DNA of 63,736 bases, the filler included, from Octopus bimaculoides (lineage: Eukaryota): NCBI RefSeq assembly GCF_001194135.2. It is 6 parts of 6 records of this genome, joined end to end, with 100 filler letters (N's around TTAATTAATTAA, not from the genome) between each part and the next. Parts side by side here need not be neighbours in the genome. Positions count along the whole stretch, not along the records: positions 1 to 9,952 come from NC_068999.1; positions 10,053 to 24,893 come from NC_068984.1; 4 more parts are not named here. One strand, given 5' to 3'. The translations under genes were made by a program, and so were the position numbers. The notes under the pieces are model-generated. The model did no database searches and was not told where the DNA came from. It saw nothing but the letters and a program-made list of their open reading frames with translations. Positions 1 to 14,365 of the stretch are shown here, piece by piece (the first letter of the stretch is position 1; the number at the start of each line of letters is the position of its first letter).

Positions 1-765
1 GGTATCTAGGCGCGCGAGCGCGTGTCTGAATACTTTTTGTGTATTCTCTTTCACTTCTTCCTCCCCACCTCTATTCATATTCTCTCTCTCATTCTCTAAT
101 TCTCTTATTCTTTCTGCTTCCACCTCGTCTTCATTTCTCCATCTTCCTCCTTCTCATAAACAGCAACAAACATATGGCAGAGCTAAGTTTAGGATACCAA
201 CTTACCACTTAACTACCAACCCCCCCCTTCCATCCTTCCTTCCTATATAGATCTTATAAAATTTTCTTCTTTCCTTCTTTCCTCTTCCGTGTTCACATCA
301 TTCTTCGTTCTTGTTTAATCGTACTCAAAACGAAATGCATTGTCTATCATTATATTATTATTATTATTATTATTATCATTCTGTTTTGTCCTTCTTTGCT
401 CACAAAATCTAAAATGCGACAGTTCCGTGTCTAAAAGAAAGTACAGGTTGTTGGACGGAATTCTTTTTTCCCTTTATAAATAACTCATATACGTCTTTGG
501 ATTTACAAAACAAACGGAAGAAGAAAATATAGAAATAAAACTCAGTTTACAGAGTTTTTATTCGTTTANNNNNNNNNNNNNNNNNNNNNNNNNNNNNNNN
601 NNNNNNNNNNNNNNNNNNNNNNNNNNNNNNNNNNNNNNNNNNNNNNNNNNNNNNNNNNNNNNNNNNNNNNNNNNNNNNNNNNNNNNNNNNNNNNNNNNNN
701 NNNNNNNNNNNNNNNNNNNNNNNNNNNNNNNNNNNNNTATGTTATAGCTCTTATTATCACGACGA

Positions 766-831
766 TGAGTCCGACAAAAAGTGCTTTGTTTCGCTCGAGA
801 TCACGAAACAAAGCGACTTTTGTCGGACTCA
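766..831. other. 66-nt near-perfect stem-loop
   Basis: TGAGTCCGACAAAAAGTGCTTTGTTTCG-ctcgagatca-CGAAACAAAGCGACTTTTGTCGGACTCA; 28-nt arms with two single-nt bulges. Confidence 0.7.
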
Positions 832-1521
832 CTGTTTGAATTAAAACATACACCCATTGTTAAAAATTTTCTGATTATTTTATTCCAAGTGCCCTACCGT
901 GGAATTTATCAGTTTGTTAATTATTTCAACAACTGAAAATCTAATTACGGCGACGGAGAAAAAAAGTCCTTTTTATTTATCATTTTGAAGAACAAAAAAA
1001 AAAAAGGAAAAAACCGAACCAAAAACTTATTCTCCAGAGCTATGCATAAGTTTTTGCGGTATCTAATTTTGCTTTACGTTCTGAGTTCAAATCCTGCCGA
1101 GTAGGGTTTTTTTTAAATATTTTAAATCTTTAATCCTTCTGGAATCGTTCAATTCTGTATCGTACCAGCCTTGTAATCTCATGCTTGGAATTATTATTAT
1201 TATTATTATTCGGCGAGGTCGATTTTGTCTATCATTGCTTCAGGGTCGATAAGATAAGTACCAATTTCGATCGAGAACCCTTCCCACAGAATTGGTGGCG
1301 TGTTGTGTCAAAAAAATCGGAAAGAATTATTATAATTATAAGATAGACGATTGTGCATCTGCATATAAAAAAAAATGATTTGCGGCGTTTTTAGAAATAT
1401 ACCAGCTTCAGACTTGGGTTCAGTTCCATCCATTTATACGCACATACATAGGTGTATATATATAGTATGTTTCTTCTTTCGGATATATTGTGTGTATGTA
1501 TGTGTATATATATATATACAC

Positions 1522-1560
<39 letters not shown>

Positions 1561-2920
1561 ACCAAAAGAACAGTCTATTTTAAAAAATCGTTCTCACTCT
1601 GAAGATATCTCCAAGAGGTATCATTAAGCTAAACCGGAATCTATAAACGAAGGAATTCTCAACTTAACACATCTTTTCACTTTAATTCTTCGTCTGTCTG
1701 TCCGTCCTTCTGTCTATATCAATATCTATGCCTGTCTGTCTATCCAAGCAACCACATCTGCCTTGTCTCTCCATTTGTCTACGTATTTAGTATATGGCTA
1801 TGCATTTGTCCATAATCCTGTCTATATCTGTCTCTCTGTCCATCAGTCTGTGTTCATATCCATCCATCTATCTATCTATCCATCAATCTATCTATCTATC
1901 CATCTCCTATCTATCTATCCATCTCCTTATACCTATCTGTCCGTCCATCCATCCACCCATCTGTCCCTTATACAAACCAATCCATTTATCTGCCCCATAT
2001 GTCTCTCTATTCCACCACTCAAATATATTTGTCTGTCCGTCTATATACGTCTTCCTCTGTCCATGTAAGCTACCTGTCTCTCTATCTGTTTGTCTCTCTC
2101 TCTCTCTCTCATGCCTATTTAATCTATCCATATGTCGATCTGTCTATCCTATCCACATGTCTATCTCTTTCTTCATCCATACCTCTCTTTTCCTTCAAAT
2201 TCATTATGCTGCTCTTTCATTTTCTTTCACATTTCATTCGGTCTACATAATTCTTCTCTTTCTTATCCGTTTTCTTCATTCTATCTCTATCCTTTTTCCT
2301 TTATTCCTTCAGTACCCCTCTCTTCATTTCATAGTCTCTCTCTTTACTTTTCTTTCGTTCTCTCTCCCCTATTTCCTCCCCACATTACACTCATCTACAT
2401 TTCCCATTTTTTCTTACCAAATTTCCTTCCTTGCTTCTTTCTCTCTCTCCCAGTCTTTTTCATTCATTCTCTCACTCCCACTTTTCCTCCTCTCTCTCTC
2501 TCTAACTTTTTCTATCTAGTACCTTTCTTGAAATTCTTTCTCTGCTTCCTTCATTTTTCTCTTTCTCCTTTCACGTTCGTTCGTTTCATTCCCTCCTGTA
2601 TACTACACACACACACACACTCTCTCATTCACCCTTTCTGTCCAGTCTCCTGACAAAGAACTTATTCTCTCGCCTTTTTTTTTGTATAATCAGATTTAAA
2701 TGAGCCATATGGTCTTTTAGGTCTTCGTGTTTGTGTATTACATAGCTTTGTCTCATCATACACGGATATATATATTCTATTATACTCGTGAATGCATGCG
2801 CGCGGGCTCACACACACACGTGTGTGTGTGTGTACACATACATATACAGAAACATGTATTTGAAATGCTTCTCTAAATCTATACGTCTTTCTTTTATCAC
2901 CACCACCACCATCATCATCA

Positions 2921-2967
<47 letters not shown>

Positions 2968-4638
2968 TACATAAGTGTGTATATAATCCAGAATCGTTAG
3001 TCCGACCACATTTTGCTTCGCCTATGGCTCATCGGACATAGCTTTTTTTTTTTTTTTTTTAACTTGACACCTCTGCAATTATATACACACCCATTTATAC
3101 ACGATGTGTTATAGACTTTATATTTGTTCTTCCGCTAAGTTTAACATCATCAACGACGACCACAACTACCGTCTTCGCCATCTGGTCTTTGAGTTCTTCT
3201 ACAGGACAAGAGGCCCAGTTACCCTCAAATTTTTAAGCTTTGGGACCATATCGCTTTCTCTTCATCGTGAGGACATCAACCCCCTTTTTCTTCCTTCCTT
3301 CCACTAGACTGGAAAAATAAAAAAAACTAAATTCCAGGGCTGCCCTTCCGATGCTAAGAATGCCATAAAAAAGATCTTCGCCTCCTTTATAGGCTGTGGG
3401 TAACCAACCACTCTGGTTTATATTCTTCGATATAAATGTACAATATTCGGTTGAGATTTTCTGTACCCCTTCTTCCCGACATAACATATACATACATAGA
3501 CGTATACCTGCAACAAATCTATACATATACACGCATATATATACACAAATATATAGCTTGCTATAAGGGCTGAGTTTAAATTTAATTCCTAAACGTACAA
3601 ATGGATGCATAACTATATTCGTCCACCTGTGTATGTATATACTTATATATACACATTGTGTGTGTGTGTGTGTGTGTGTGCATTTACATATGTTGTGTGT
3701 GTGTGTTTTCCAAACGCACCAATGTGTGTATGTTGACTCGCGCGCATCGGTGTGTAAGTGTGTGCGTGTTAAATAATCTAGATGGTGTTGGTGAGTTTAT
3801 ATAAGGCTATATATTATATGTAGCGGTGTGTATATAATTAAATGTCTCTGAAAATGTTCCATATTCTATGGTCACATGTATGTGTGTATATGTGTGTGTG
3901 CCTGTTGGATTTCCTCCCAACACAAATGTGTGTGTGAGACGGTATTGTAAAAGCGATGCGAACCGAAGCGGAAGCTTTTAGGCTGCCGGTTAGTTTGCTA
4001 GAAAAAGCAAGCAACCAAACTCCTTTCTTGAACCACATCCGTTCTGTCTGAGGCAGAAAGGGAAAGAAAAAGTGAAAAAGAAAAATAAACGGTACATTGA
4101 AGAATGTACTCTTTCAGTGGCTAAGGAACCAGGCAGGTTCGTCAGGATTGGAATGTCTTTGTTCACAGTTCTTTTGGATCAGAGGCTGACTAGGGTGGGT
4201 AGAGCAACAATTAACTTTCGTGCATATCTCATTTAATAAGAAATCTCCAATTAATGTGTCTAATTAGATGTATATATCGTCGTCTGACGGGTTTAAAATA
4301 TGAAGAATTTGAAATTCTAAGAGGTTTCGCTTTGGTCGAAGGCTTTGAAAATTAAGAACTTAACTGTTGTGAGGAATGCAGTTTAAAGCGAATCCCCGAA
4401 ACCTAGTCTTCGGTGAGGCGGTTGTTTTAACTATATAGTCGTAAATATCTGTGTAAGTGTGTGTGTGTGTGTGTGTGTATGTGATATATATTAAACCTGC
4501 ATTTAGTTCTAAATTACTACCTATTGAATGCTGTGTGTGTGTATGTACACGCATTGTCTAGTCAAAATGTGTAATACATTTGTGTATATAATTATCTATC
4601 TATCTATCTGTGTGTGACTGCATCATATAGATAGGTAT

Positions 4639-4676
<38 letters not shown>

Positions 4677-7487
4677 TTCTTATACATCAGATGTACATAT
4701 ATACACGTGTGGGGGGAGGGGGTTCTGTACAAACACAGAAATTGCTTTAATTTAAAAGTTATTCTTCAACTTCATTTTAAAAACAGAAAAGGACAAAAAA
4801 CTAACTCGCCACCACCTCCATTATCATTTTGAACACCGGGCGCCTTTTAGTACCAGATATATAGAAAAGAGTAGCTCACACACACATATTTATATACACA
4901 CCGGCATATAAAGGCCAGTATTGTATAAAAGTTTTTGACGAATTAACTGTGAATCTGTTTCAATTTTTCTTTCTTCATTGATAAGTATTTCATTTATTGT
5001 CCATGGACAAGGCATGAACTCCACAGCAGCTATTTTCTGTCTCCTTCCAGGCCACCCTTAGCCTTTTACGAAGTCTCGACAGCCGTTCAATATTGGCGAT
5101 TGATTGTAAATTGTGGAAAAACGAGTCGTGTGTGTATAAGAATGTATGTATGTATGTATGTATGTATGTATGTATACCTCTGTGTGTGTGTGTCTGCCTG
5201 TCTCTGTAAGGTCATAAACATCTGTAAAGAGGGTTCCCACAAGTAGGGGTCACCACAATTGGGATTCTTTCTGTGGAAGGGAATAACGGGAAAACCAAGT
5301 GGAGGCTGGACTGACGAGAAAACCATTTTATTTCGGTGCTGGCGCTAACGCGCAACAACTCGGAAAACCGACGTTGTGTGTGTGTCTGTATGTATGTATG
5401 TATGTATGTATGTATGTTTGTGTGTGTGTGTGTGTGTACGCATATATTTATGTTTATATAAATGTGTGTGAGTGAGTTGTCTAAACACATTATATACACA
5501 TACATATGGGGGGGGGGAAACGGGGATTAAACATACACTACTGTCTAACTGCAAATTACGGGAAGCCGAGGCTACCCTCTGTAGCAACTCGGTTTTCCTT
5601 TGCATTCTTTTATACACATGCATAACACACATACACACACACACACACACACACATAATCCGGACGATGTAAAAAGATGTGCTCATGCGTTTCCATACAA
5701 ACTGCAAGAAGCGGCGCATAGCAGCCGGCGATCATATAGAAAGATAGATATATAGGATTTCTTTTCTTTCTTTTCATTGTTTAATCTACTTACAAACATA
5801 ATCTGCGTGTCCAAAAGTCATACATGTTTATATATTTGCATCCACACACACACATGCAGACATACACGCACACACATATATATATATATACATACTCATT
5901 CATACATACATACATACATACACGCGCGCGGGCGGACTCACGTTCTCGCGTAATAACTGTTGTTGAAACAAGAGATTCGTGAGAAATTAGAGGGAAATTT
6001 TGAGCAAGTGCGTGTGTGTTTGTAAGTGCGCGGTTTGTTGTTATAATAAGGTTTATTAATATTAATTACGTCCTTACTGTACTCTCTTTAAATTATTCAA
6101 TCATTTGTGTCTGTAGACACACACACAACACAGAGGCATGTGTTCGTGATGTTTCCTATAGTTTCCGAATGTATAATGTTTAATTGTTAAGCTATAGTTG
6201 TGGGACGTTTCGTGTCTAGGTAGGAAGTGTGTGTGTGTTCCTGTTATATTTTAAGTTTTCACATGTCTCTAAAATGACACTTGTCTATTGTGTGTTCTTG
6301 TACATACACACGCACACACATCGCTATAATAGTTTTATTTGTATAAAAACTGATATAAAGGACTCAATACGTAGATTTTAGCAGATTTGACTATAAATTT
6401 GTGTATTAGCTGGTATGTATGTAATGTGTTTAGACGCCCATACTTATACCGATGTATCTCCATATATCTGTCTATATCTCCCTATCTCTCTCTATATATA
6501 GCTCTCTCTATATCTATCGCTCTATATCTATCACTCTCTATCTATCACTCTCTTTCTATCTCTTTGTGTCTCTCTTCCTGTCTATCTCTCTCTCTCCCTG
6601 TATCTCTTTCTCTCTCTCTCTCTCCCTGTATCTCTTTCTCTCTCTCTCTCCCTGTATCTCTTTCTCTCTCTAATATATGACAGCGTCCTTTTATTTAATA
6701 TCTTCTCCACACACTAGTTGCGTTGTTATGAGTATGCAACAATATTTCTCATTCGGGTACCCCCACCTCTCTCTCTCTCTCTCTCTCTTTCTGCCACCAC
6801 CACCACCAGCATCCATCATCCATCTTCCCANNNNNNNNNNNNNNNNNNNNNNNNNNNNNNNNNNNNNNNNNNNNNNNNNNNNNNNNNNNNNNNNNNNNNN
6901 NNNNNNNNNNNNNNNNNNNNNNNNNNNNNNNNNNNNNNNNNNNNNNNNNNNNNNNNNNNNNNNNNNNNNNNNNNNNNNNNNNNNNNNNNNNNNNNNNNNN
7001 NNNNNNNNNNNNNNNNNNNNNNNNNNNNNNNNNNNNNNNNNNNNNNNNNNNNNNNNNNNNNNNNNNNNNNNNNNNNNNNNNNNNNNNNNNNNNNNNNNNN
7101 NNNNNNNNNNNNNNNNNNNNNNNNNNNNNNNNNNNNNNNNNNNNNNNNNNNNNNNNNNNNNNNNNNNNNNNNNNNNNNNNNNNNNNNNNNNNNNNNNNNN
7201 NNNNNNNNNNNNNNNNNNNNNNNNNNNNNNNNNNNNNNNNNNNNNNNNNNNNNNNNNNNNNNNNNNNNNNNNNNNNNNNNNNNNNNNNNNNNNNNNNNNN
7301 NNNNNNNNNNNNNNNNNNNNNNNNNNNNNNNNNNNNNNNNNNNNNNNNNNNNNNNNNNNNNNNNNNNNNNNNNNNNNNNNNNNNNNNNNNNNNNNNNNNN
7401 NNNNNNNNNNNNNNNNNNNNNNNNNNNNNNNNNNNNNNNNNNNNNNNNNNNNNNNNNNNNNNNNNNNNNNNNNNNNNNNNNNNNNNN

Positions 7488-7521
<34 letters not shown>

Positions 7522-7999
7522 GCATACATACATGTATATATATATATATATATGTATGTATCTATAAATACATACATACATACATATGTATACAGGAGCA
7601 CAAATATACGCAAGCGCACTTTCTGTCCCACACGCATACACACATGCACGTGCACACTGGCATATACAGGAACACAGGCGTTTGATGCGTGCGTATATAT
7701 GTAAATATTGTATGTGTATGTATGTATATTATGCATATGTAACAGAGCATGGAGAATATATAACTATATTGTATACGTGCATCTATATATATACATATAT
7801 ATATATATTGTATATATCTATATGGATGTATATTGTGCGTATATGGTACTCGCACGCACGCGCCTTTATTCATCATTGTTGTTTAACCCTATGCTCAAAA
7901 AGGGCGTTCCGCCGTGGCCACCACTTCTTAGATCTATGCATTTAACAAGAAATAAGGCTTCATTATCTAATATCTTCCTTTCATTTAAAACGCCGAGGA

Positions 8000-9010
8000 A
8001 ATGATGAAATGAGACAATGGCTGCTATTTCTAGCAGGTCGAACGGCCACATCGGGTTGTTAGCATTGCTTGGCCTGTCTTGTCTTATCTAGTCTATGGTG
8101 GTCATTTAACATTGTACGGGAGTAAACCCCCAGCTTTTGGGGTTTGTTTTCGAGGGATCTCTTGAGATGGAGTGGCGTCGTAACCGAGGTGAAGATCTCT
8201 GTGTTCTGGTTTGGAACTAAGGAACCGGTTCTCCAAGGGTTTCTTCCTCCAAAAAGACAATATATCCACTGTTGTTGAGCTTCAGGTCAAAACTAATAGA
8301 TTCTGTGATCAGAAGCGTTTCATTTGTGACCATCATGTCTTGTTTTTTTTCTCTCAGACTTGCCAAATTCAGATTGGAGCCTGGTGTAGCCATCTGGTTC
8401 ACCAGTCCTCAGTCAAATCGTCCAACCCATGCTAGCATGGAAAGCGGACGTTAAACGATGATGATGATGATACATGCATCTAGGTGTAAATTATCGAATA
8501 ACGCTCCTTCTTTTCTCTACTAACATTATAGGACGTGATATGAGGGAGGTTTGACTGTTATTACTAGCAGATCAAGCAACCGTGTATTTAGAGAGAGAGA
8601 GGCTCTCTTCGTAGGTCCTACTTAGGTTTAAAGAACTGTATGACCACGTTTGATGTGATGCGGCCGTAAGTCTCACCTCTCGCTGTTCAGATTTTGGGCC
8701 CTTCAGGTCGGCGCAGTCATTTAAGGCTGGCACGGGCAACCATGAGGCACGGTTTTTTATCTTATAGGCCGCACTACTTAAAAGAAATTGATGGTAGTTT
8801 TTCGTCAGGAGTGCCATTCAAAAGATACCGTGGGCCGCAGCTTGCTCGTGACTGGTTTTAGAGTGTCTAATTTTTTTTTTCTGTTTTTGGAAACGATGGC
8901 TTCAGATGTCTTTCATTCTCGTTGTTTTTCTCTCTTAGAAGTGAAACTAAGTCACCGTTTCTTCAGAATAAATGCAATGTTAGTGAAAATTTTGATTGTG
9001 GAGTTTAGAA
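8000..9010 (-). mobile_element. Highly decayed Penelope-like fragment, interrupted by a (GAT)n-tailed retroposon
   Basis: Scattered motifs (LF*RNGD..SL; VGPTKR; ETLLITES...LNNSG) in shifting frames. Weak. Confidence 0.35.
8355..8475 (+). mobile_element. (GAT)n-tailed retroposon 3' end; other copies at 63558-63736 (-), 60960-61235, 29700-30200, 34130-34710, 27070, 28990, 29230, 33300
   Basis: …CCAACCCATGCTAGCATGGAAAGCGGACGTTAAACGATGATGATG; near-identical to the reverse complement of 63565-63670. Confidence 0.8.
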
Positions 9011-9915
9011 CAACTGGGTGACTTTAGTGTGTGTCCATTTCTATGTATGTATGTATCTATATATCTTTCTATCTACCTTATATACATTCTTTTATACGTT
9101 TGAGCCCTAAAGCTGTAGCCATGCTGGGGCACTGCATGTGTGGCTGTGTGGGAAGTAGCTTGCTTACCAACCACATGGTTCTGGGNNNNNNNNNNNNNNN
9201 NNNNNNNNNNNNNNNNNNNNNNNNNNNNNNNNNNNNNNNNNNNNNNNNNNNNNNNNNNNNNNNNNNNNNNNNNNNNNNNNNNNNNATGTATGTATATACG
9301 TATATATGTATAGATATGTATGTATATACGTATATGTACGTGAATATATGTATGTATACTCACACATATATGTTTAGTCTTGTGAGATTAAATGAAACAG
9401 ACGGGCTCCTCGGCAAAGTTTTTGTCTTACCAGTTTCAACCGAGGATGGGGGTGATCTGAATCTTTTGGTAAAAAACTTCTAACACACCGCGCAATGCGA
9501 TCGAGCCTGGAACCTCAAGATTGCCAAGCAGATTTCTTAACCCATCATCTCTCTCTCTGCATCCATCTTTCCATTTATCTATCAACATATATCTTATCGC
9601 ACGCGCGCCCGTGTGTGTGTGTGTGTGCGTGTATGTGTGTGTATACGCATAATATAAATTTGTTAGCAAAATCTATAACCGTCACGACTCCACACGAAAT
9701 ATTTTGTTGTAAACCACTGGAAAATTTGTCAAAATCCCATGTTGATGGTTTATACAAAATAAAAAGATAAGATAAGAAGTACTGCTCATGTAGTTTTGCT
9801 TATTTTAGAACATATTTCAAACACACACACACACACCATAAGCAAGCATTCTTGCACATATGCCAGCAACAAATATATGCACATATACTCTTTTCTGTAT
9901 AGTTAATCTTAAAAG

Positions 9916-9952
<37 letters not shown>

Positions 9953-9996
9953 NNNNNNNNNNNNNNNNNNNNNNNNNNNNNNNNNNNNNNNNNNNN

Positions 9997-10008
9997 TTAA
10001 TTAATTAA
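9997..10008. other. Artificial scaffold linker TTAATTAATTAA inside an N gap (also 24938, 41169, 54672, 57536)
   Basis: Identical 12-mer centred in ~100-nt N runs five times; contains stops in all six frames. Confidence 0.92.
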
Positions 10009-10052
10009 NNNNNNNNNNNNNNNNNNNNNNNNNNNNNNNNNNNNNNNNNNNN

Positions 10053-10290
10053 ACAATGAACAGGGCTTACCTCTCTTGCGGCTGTTCTTTAAGGTACAGC
10101 GTGTAGATACTCTAATGTTCGTTTTCTTGGAGTCAGATATAGAGGTCAATAATTCTTTTATGTTCTTATTCCGTCGAAAGGCTACAATGGGCGGCTGAGG
10201 AAATGTTTGTTTGAAACTGGGATATTTTTTCGCCACATGTTGGTAACTTTCATGCAACACTTTTGAAATGCCAGCGAAACGTTTTCATTT
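10053..10290 (-). mobile_element. Penelope-like fragment (RT-endonuclease linker)
   Basis: FPQPPIVAFRRNKNIKELL...PCSL motif typical of PLE linker regions; flanked by gaps. Confidence 0.55.
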
Positions 10291-10828
10291 CTTTTACATA
10301 GGTTAGAACTGGAAATTTTAGGATTAAGGAATCGGTCGAACACTTAACTGGCACTTTATTTTATCGACACCGAAAGGAGAAATAAGGTAGATTTCGACGA
10401 TATTTGAACTCAAAACGCAANNNNNNNNNNTAATAATACTTTCTCCCGACTAACTTACAATTCTGGCAATTGCGGCTTTAACAACAACAATCTCAACAAC
10501 AACTACGATGACGACAAAGTTGATGATGATATGATGATATTCATAATCTAGGTCAAAGTACAGAAAGTTTAAAGTAAAGAGATTAGTCGAGACCATCGTC
10601 CCTATTACATGACTGGTACTTTATTTTATCGTCCTTCGGGGATGAAAGTAAAAGTTGAATAAAGCGAGTTTGATCTCAGAATCTAAATGGCCAGAAGAAA
10701 TGCCGCTCTACCATTCTGCAAAAAATATCTCTGTGGAGTTCGCAATCAATATTCCCACCAATATCACGTACAACAGAGTAATTGCAGTCTATTTCCATTT
10801 TCACCTACACCTTACTCTCCTCCAGCTC

Positions 10829-10877
<49 letters not shown>

Positions 10878-11292
10878 GTTCCTCCATTAGCTACAGTAAC
10901 GTTGATATCATTTAATTATAGGAAGTGATAAAATAGAATTTATTGATAATTTATTTCCTAATTAGATAAGATGAAATAAAAGTAGTAAATAAAAGAAAAA
11001 AAATTAAAAAGACTTCAAAACCAAAACAATAAATTATAGTAAAATTACATCGATTTTTCATAATGCAAAAGGAAAATAAAAACCTGGAAAATTGTTCTTC
11101 ATGAACACGCATGTACGAAAATACTCCGCCAATGCATGAGAACATTTGCATACATATATAAATATTCACAAGCATACAAACATACATGCATATATACATA
11201 TACAATACACTCGCACACACATACACATAAACATACACGTACTATAATATATCCATTTTTAATCAATATCTAGTATTTCCCTGTGTGTGTGA

Positions 11293-11334
<42 letters not shown>

Positions 11335-11384
11335 CCTTGCAAGCCTAGTTTACATAAAGACACGCATTCTTTCATATATACATG

Positions 11385-11520
11385 TAACTCATATGAATTA
11401 TTCTTAAGAGGAAAGAGTTGGCTTGTAACACGGAAACATCGGTCCATCTTCGGAATATAGACAGTGAAAATAGCATGTTAAATATTAGATTATGTCGAAG
11501 TTTTATATAATTTCATGCTT
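11385..11520 (-). mobile_element. Probable further family C 3'UTR remnant
   Basis: gaaagagttggcttgtaac resembles gaaaggagttggtttcttac (11658) and gagggagccggtttccaac (12151). Confidence 0.4.
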
Positions 11521-11599
11521 CTGCTTACTATCTGAATTTGTCAAACACCCAGTCGTTCAAGATTTTATTAAAAAATCCTTACAACATAAACATCTGCAC

Positions 11600-11960
11600 A
11601 TATGTACGTATCTCTGTTCTCATTTGCTCATAATTATTTTGAAGTCTTCCTTACAGAAAGGAGTTGGTTTCTTACAAAGATACAAAGCTCCATCGCTGGA
11701 ATGTAGTTAACAAAGATAACACATTTTAAACTTGAGAAAAGTCTTGTATATTTTTATTGCTCCCCTTACAGATTGTATATTTAACGTGCATACTAACTAG
11801 ATGATTTACATTCCTGAAAACCTTTACCAATTTGTCGTTTAAGTATTTACAAACACAGCTAAGAGCACCAATTATTATTATTATTATAAATGTGAATCTA
11901 TAGTCTGGATATAGAAGCTGGAGCTTCGAAGCAGAGAAATATTCAGACCATTGACAGAAA
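11600..11960 (-). mobile_element. Second family C 3' end (RLE tail + 3'UTR)
   Basis: Aligns by eye with 12150-12440 (…aaagatacaa(a/g)gctccatc…cttgagaaaagtctt…ttcatagtct(g/a)gatatagaag…). Confidence 0.75.
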
Positions 11961-12119
11961 TGTTAGTAGATGGGTCTAGCAGTGTTTCTATTAATTCAGG
12001 AACATTTAGTCTGGCTAAATTCTAACACTATATCCTCTGGGAATGTCGTAGCTAGTTCAATGTTTTCTTCAAAACACTCATATTCATGTATGTGTTCATA
12101 TTTTATGCATGTCTCTTCT

Positions 12120-14050
12120 ATTCTTTAATTATTATAAATCTTCCACTGAGGAGGGAGCCGGTTTCCAACAAAGATACAAGGCTCCATCTTTGGGATGTAG
12201 TTAACACAGACAAATTTCCATTTGGAACTTGAGAAAAGTCTTCCATATTTTTACTGTTCCACTTACAAATTGCACTTGTAATGTGCGAATCAGCCAGTCG
12301 ATTTCACTTTCGGAAAATCCCAAATCATCCAGATTCTCCTATAAGTATTTACTAAGAAAACCCCCTAGTGCTCCAATTATTATTGGTATGAATATGAATT
12401 CATAGTCTAGATATAGAAGTTTGAAGTTTCGAAGCAGCTGTCCATAGATATCCTCTTTTTCTTAGATTTTCAAAGAGATATTTATATCTGCAGGGCAGCT
12501 GACCTCTATGTTGGTACATACCTTTGCCCCTCTGTCTCAAACAACAATATCCAGCCTGTTATCTTTACATTTGACAGAAGTTTTGATGGGAATATTCCAC
12601 CAGTATTTCTTGAGTTGGTGCTTATGAATGTATTCCATAACAGAGGGATTTTCTAAGTTTATTTCAGGACAGTCTTTTTTGGCGGATGGCATTGTAAATT
12701 GTTTTAGCAACACCATCGATCGTGCCGCATAGGGAGGTAGTGCCTTCATGACGTTTTAGGACAGCTGCTAATCACGTGCGTGATGTCTTCCACAGAAGCA
12801 CGACAGCCTACACATGTGGTTGCATCTTGGAATTAGAAGATCGTCACTGTCTCTCTTGTTCACCAGGTACTTTGTGGCAATCTACTGTTCCTGGATTGGA
12901 AAAGTATAGCCTTCAAAGTGTGATGTGATGTATTCGTCTTGTATCCAAGAGAGGCTGCGCTTCGTGTCAATTCTATTGTTTTCTTCAAGCTTCCGGACAA
13001 CATATCCATGCAGACTTTTTTCTTTTTGTTTGCTGAGTCCTCCCCATTCAGGACTTCTCTGGGGTAAGAGAGCTCAGCTGTTTTGGGCTGTATCGGAGAA
13101 CATCAGGGAGAAAGTGCTTCTTGAGGAGCTCCCTGCCAACTCGTACAATGTTGCTCCCTTCACTTTTCAGCACCTCATTAATATATTAATATATTTTTGC
13201 TGCTGTTGTTTAGCAGATGCTGGTTGAGTGATACCATACGGCATTCGAAGGCCGCCTGCACTAATTTCAGAGCTGTACTAACTACCTCCATTTCTTCTTA
13301 GCTAGTGTCGACACCACTGTTTCTGTGGAAGATCCCAGTTGTCAGGATTTTGCAGGTTTTGATATCTATGGAGTGTATCACATCTGCAGACCAATGAAGT
13401 ATCTCAAATGTTGGAATCAGCACTGTTACTGAAAATGCATTGTGAGATATTGTTTTGTTGTAAGAGGAGAGTTCCGACTGCCATATTTTTCTAAGTTTGC
13501 TGTAATATTCTCAGGTCACTCTATCTTTATTCACAGTGTCTTCATATGATACATTATAGTCTATGCCTAGGTACTTGTAACATTCTCTGTGTGGAATGGG
13601 GGGAGATAGAGAAACTGTTGATGCACAGGTTTTGAGTTTGAATGACTGACCTTCCTCGCTCTATAACCAAATATGAACATTTCTTTTAGCCAAATTTCAT
13701 GCCTTTATCAGCTGAAAATGTTGTTATTAATTCCAGTTGCTTTTTGGCATTGTTAACACTTTTAGTATAAATATTCAGATCGTCTACAAAGAAATTATGA
13801 GTTACACTGATGTTTCTAGCAGTTGAAGATCTTAGCATGTAACCATTTGTTTTCTGCAGTAGGAACGATAATGGATTCAGTGCCAAAATAAAAAGTACAG
13901 AAAGACTATCGCCCCGGAATATTCCATTCGAAATGCCTATGGTATCACAAACAATTATTCTGTCCTCATTTGTAAAGGTAAGAATTGTTGTCCATGTCTT
14001 TGTGAGTCTCTCTATGGCAGCAATTATGGTAGTAGCTTCGAGAAAATTGC
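12120..14050 (-). mobile_element. R4/Dong-like non-LTR retrotransposon, family C (RT, CCHC region, RLE), 5'-truncated and decayed
   Basis: RGIFRGDSLSVLLFILALNPLSFLL...FFVDDLNIY; YWWNIPIKTSVKCKDNRLDIVV; IEVSCPAD; FIPIIIGALG. Stops and frameshifts. Confidence 0.85.
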
Positions 14051-14199
14051 AAATTTTTTTTCAAATATTAATTTTAAAACGTAGTTCTCGGGGGAGATTA
14101 AGCGTGACACAGAGTGTGACAAGGCTGGACCTTTGAAATTACTATGTCAGGTCTATTATGTATATATGTACGTAGGTATGCATTTATGTATGTATGTAT

Positions 14200-14332
14200 G
14201 TATGTATGTATGTATGAGTGGCTATGGCTTCTACCATGCTGTGGGTTCTTATTTCTTTGTACTCGAGTTTATCCTTCCTACGGATTTCCTTATACAACAT
14301 CATGTCTCACCATCATGTCTCATTGGTAGATA

Positions 14333-14335
<3 letters not shown>
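14200..14335 (-). mobile_element. Family C internal fragment (YLPMRHD...YKEIRRKD...EAIA) between (TATG)n tracts
   Basis: Matches 47210-47282 (+) closely (gaaataagaacc...atggtagaagccatagcc). Confidence 0.65.

Positions 14336-14365
<30 letters not shown>

Noticed and set aside
1599-1625. CTGAAGA with an adjacent 8-bp hairpin
   Set aside because: Lacks GAAA and a cleavage-site arm.
9997-10008. Recurrent TTAATTAATTAA motif as a biological site
   Set aside because: Always centred in N runs; an artificial all-frame-stop linker.
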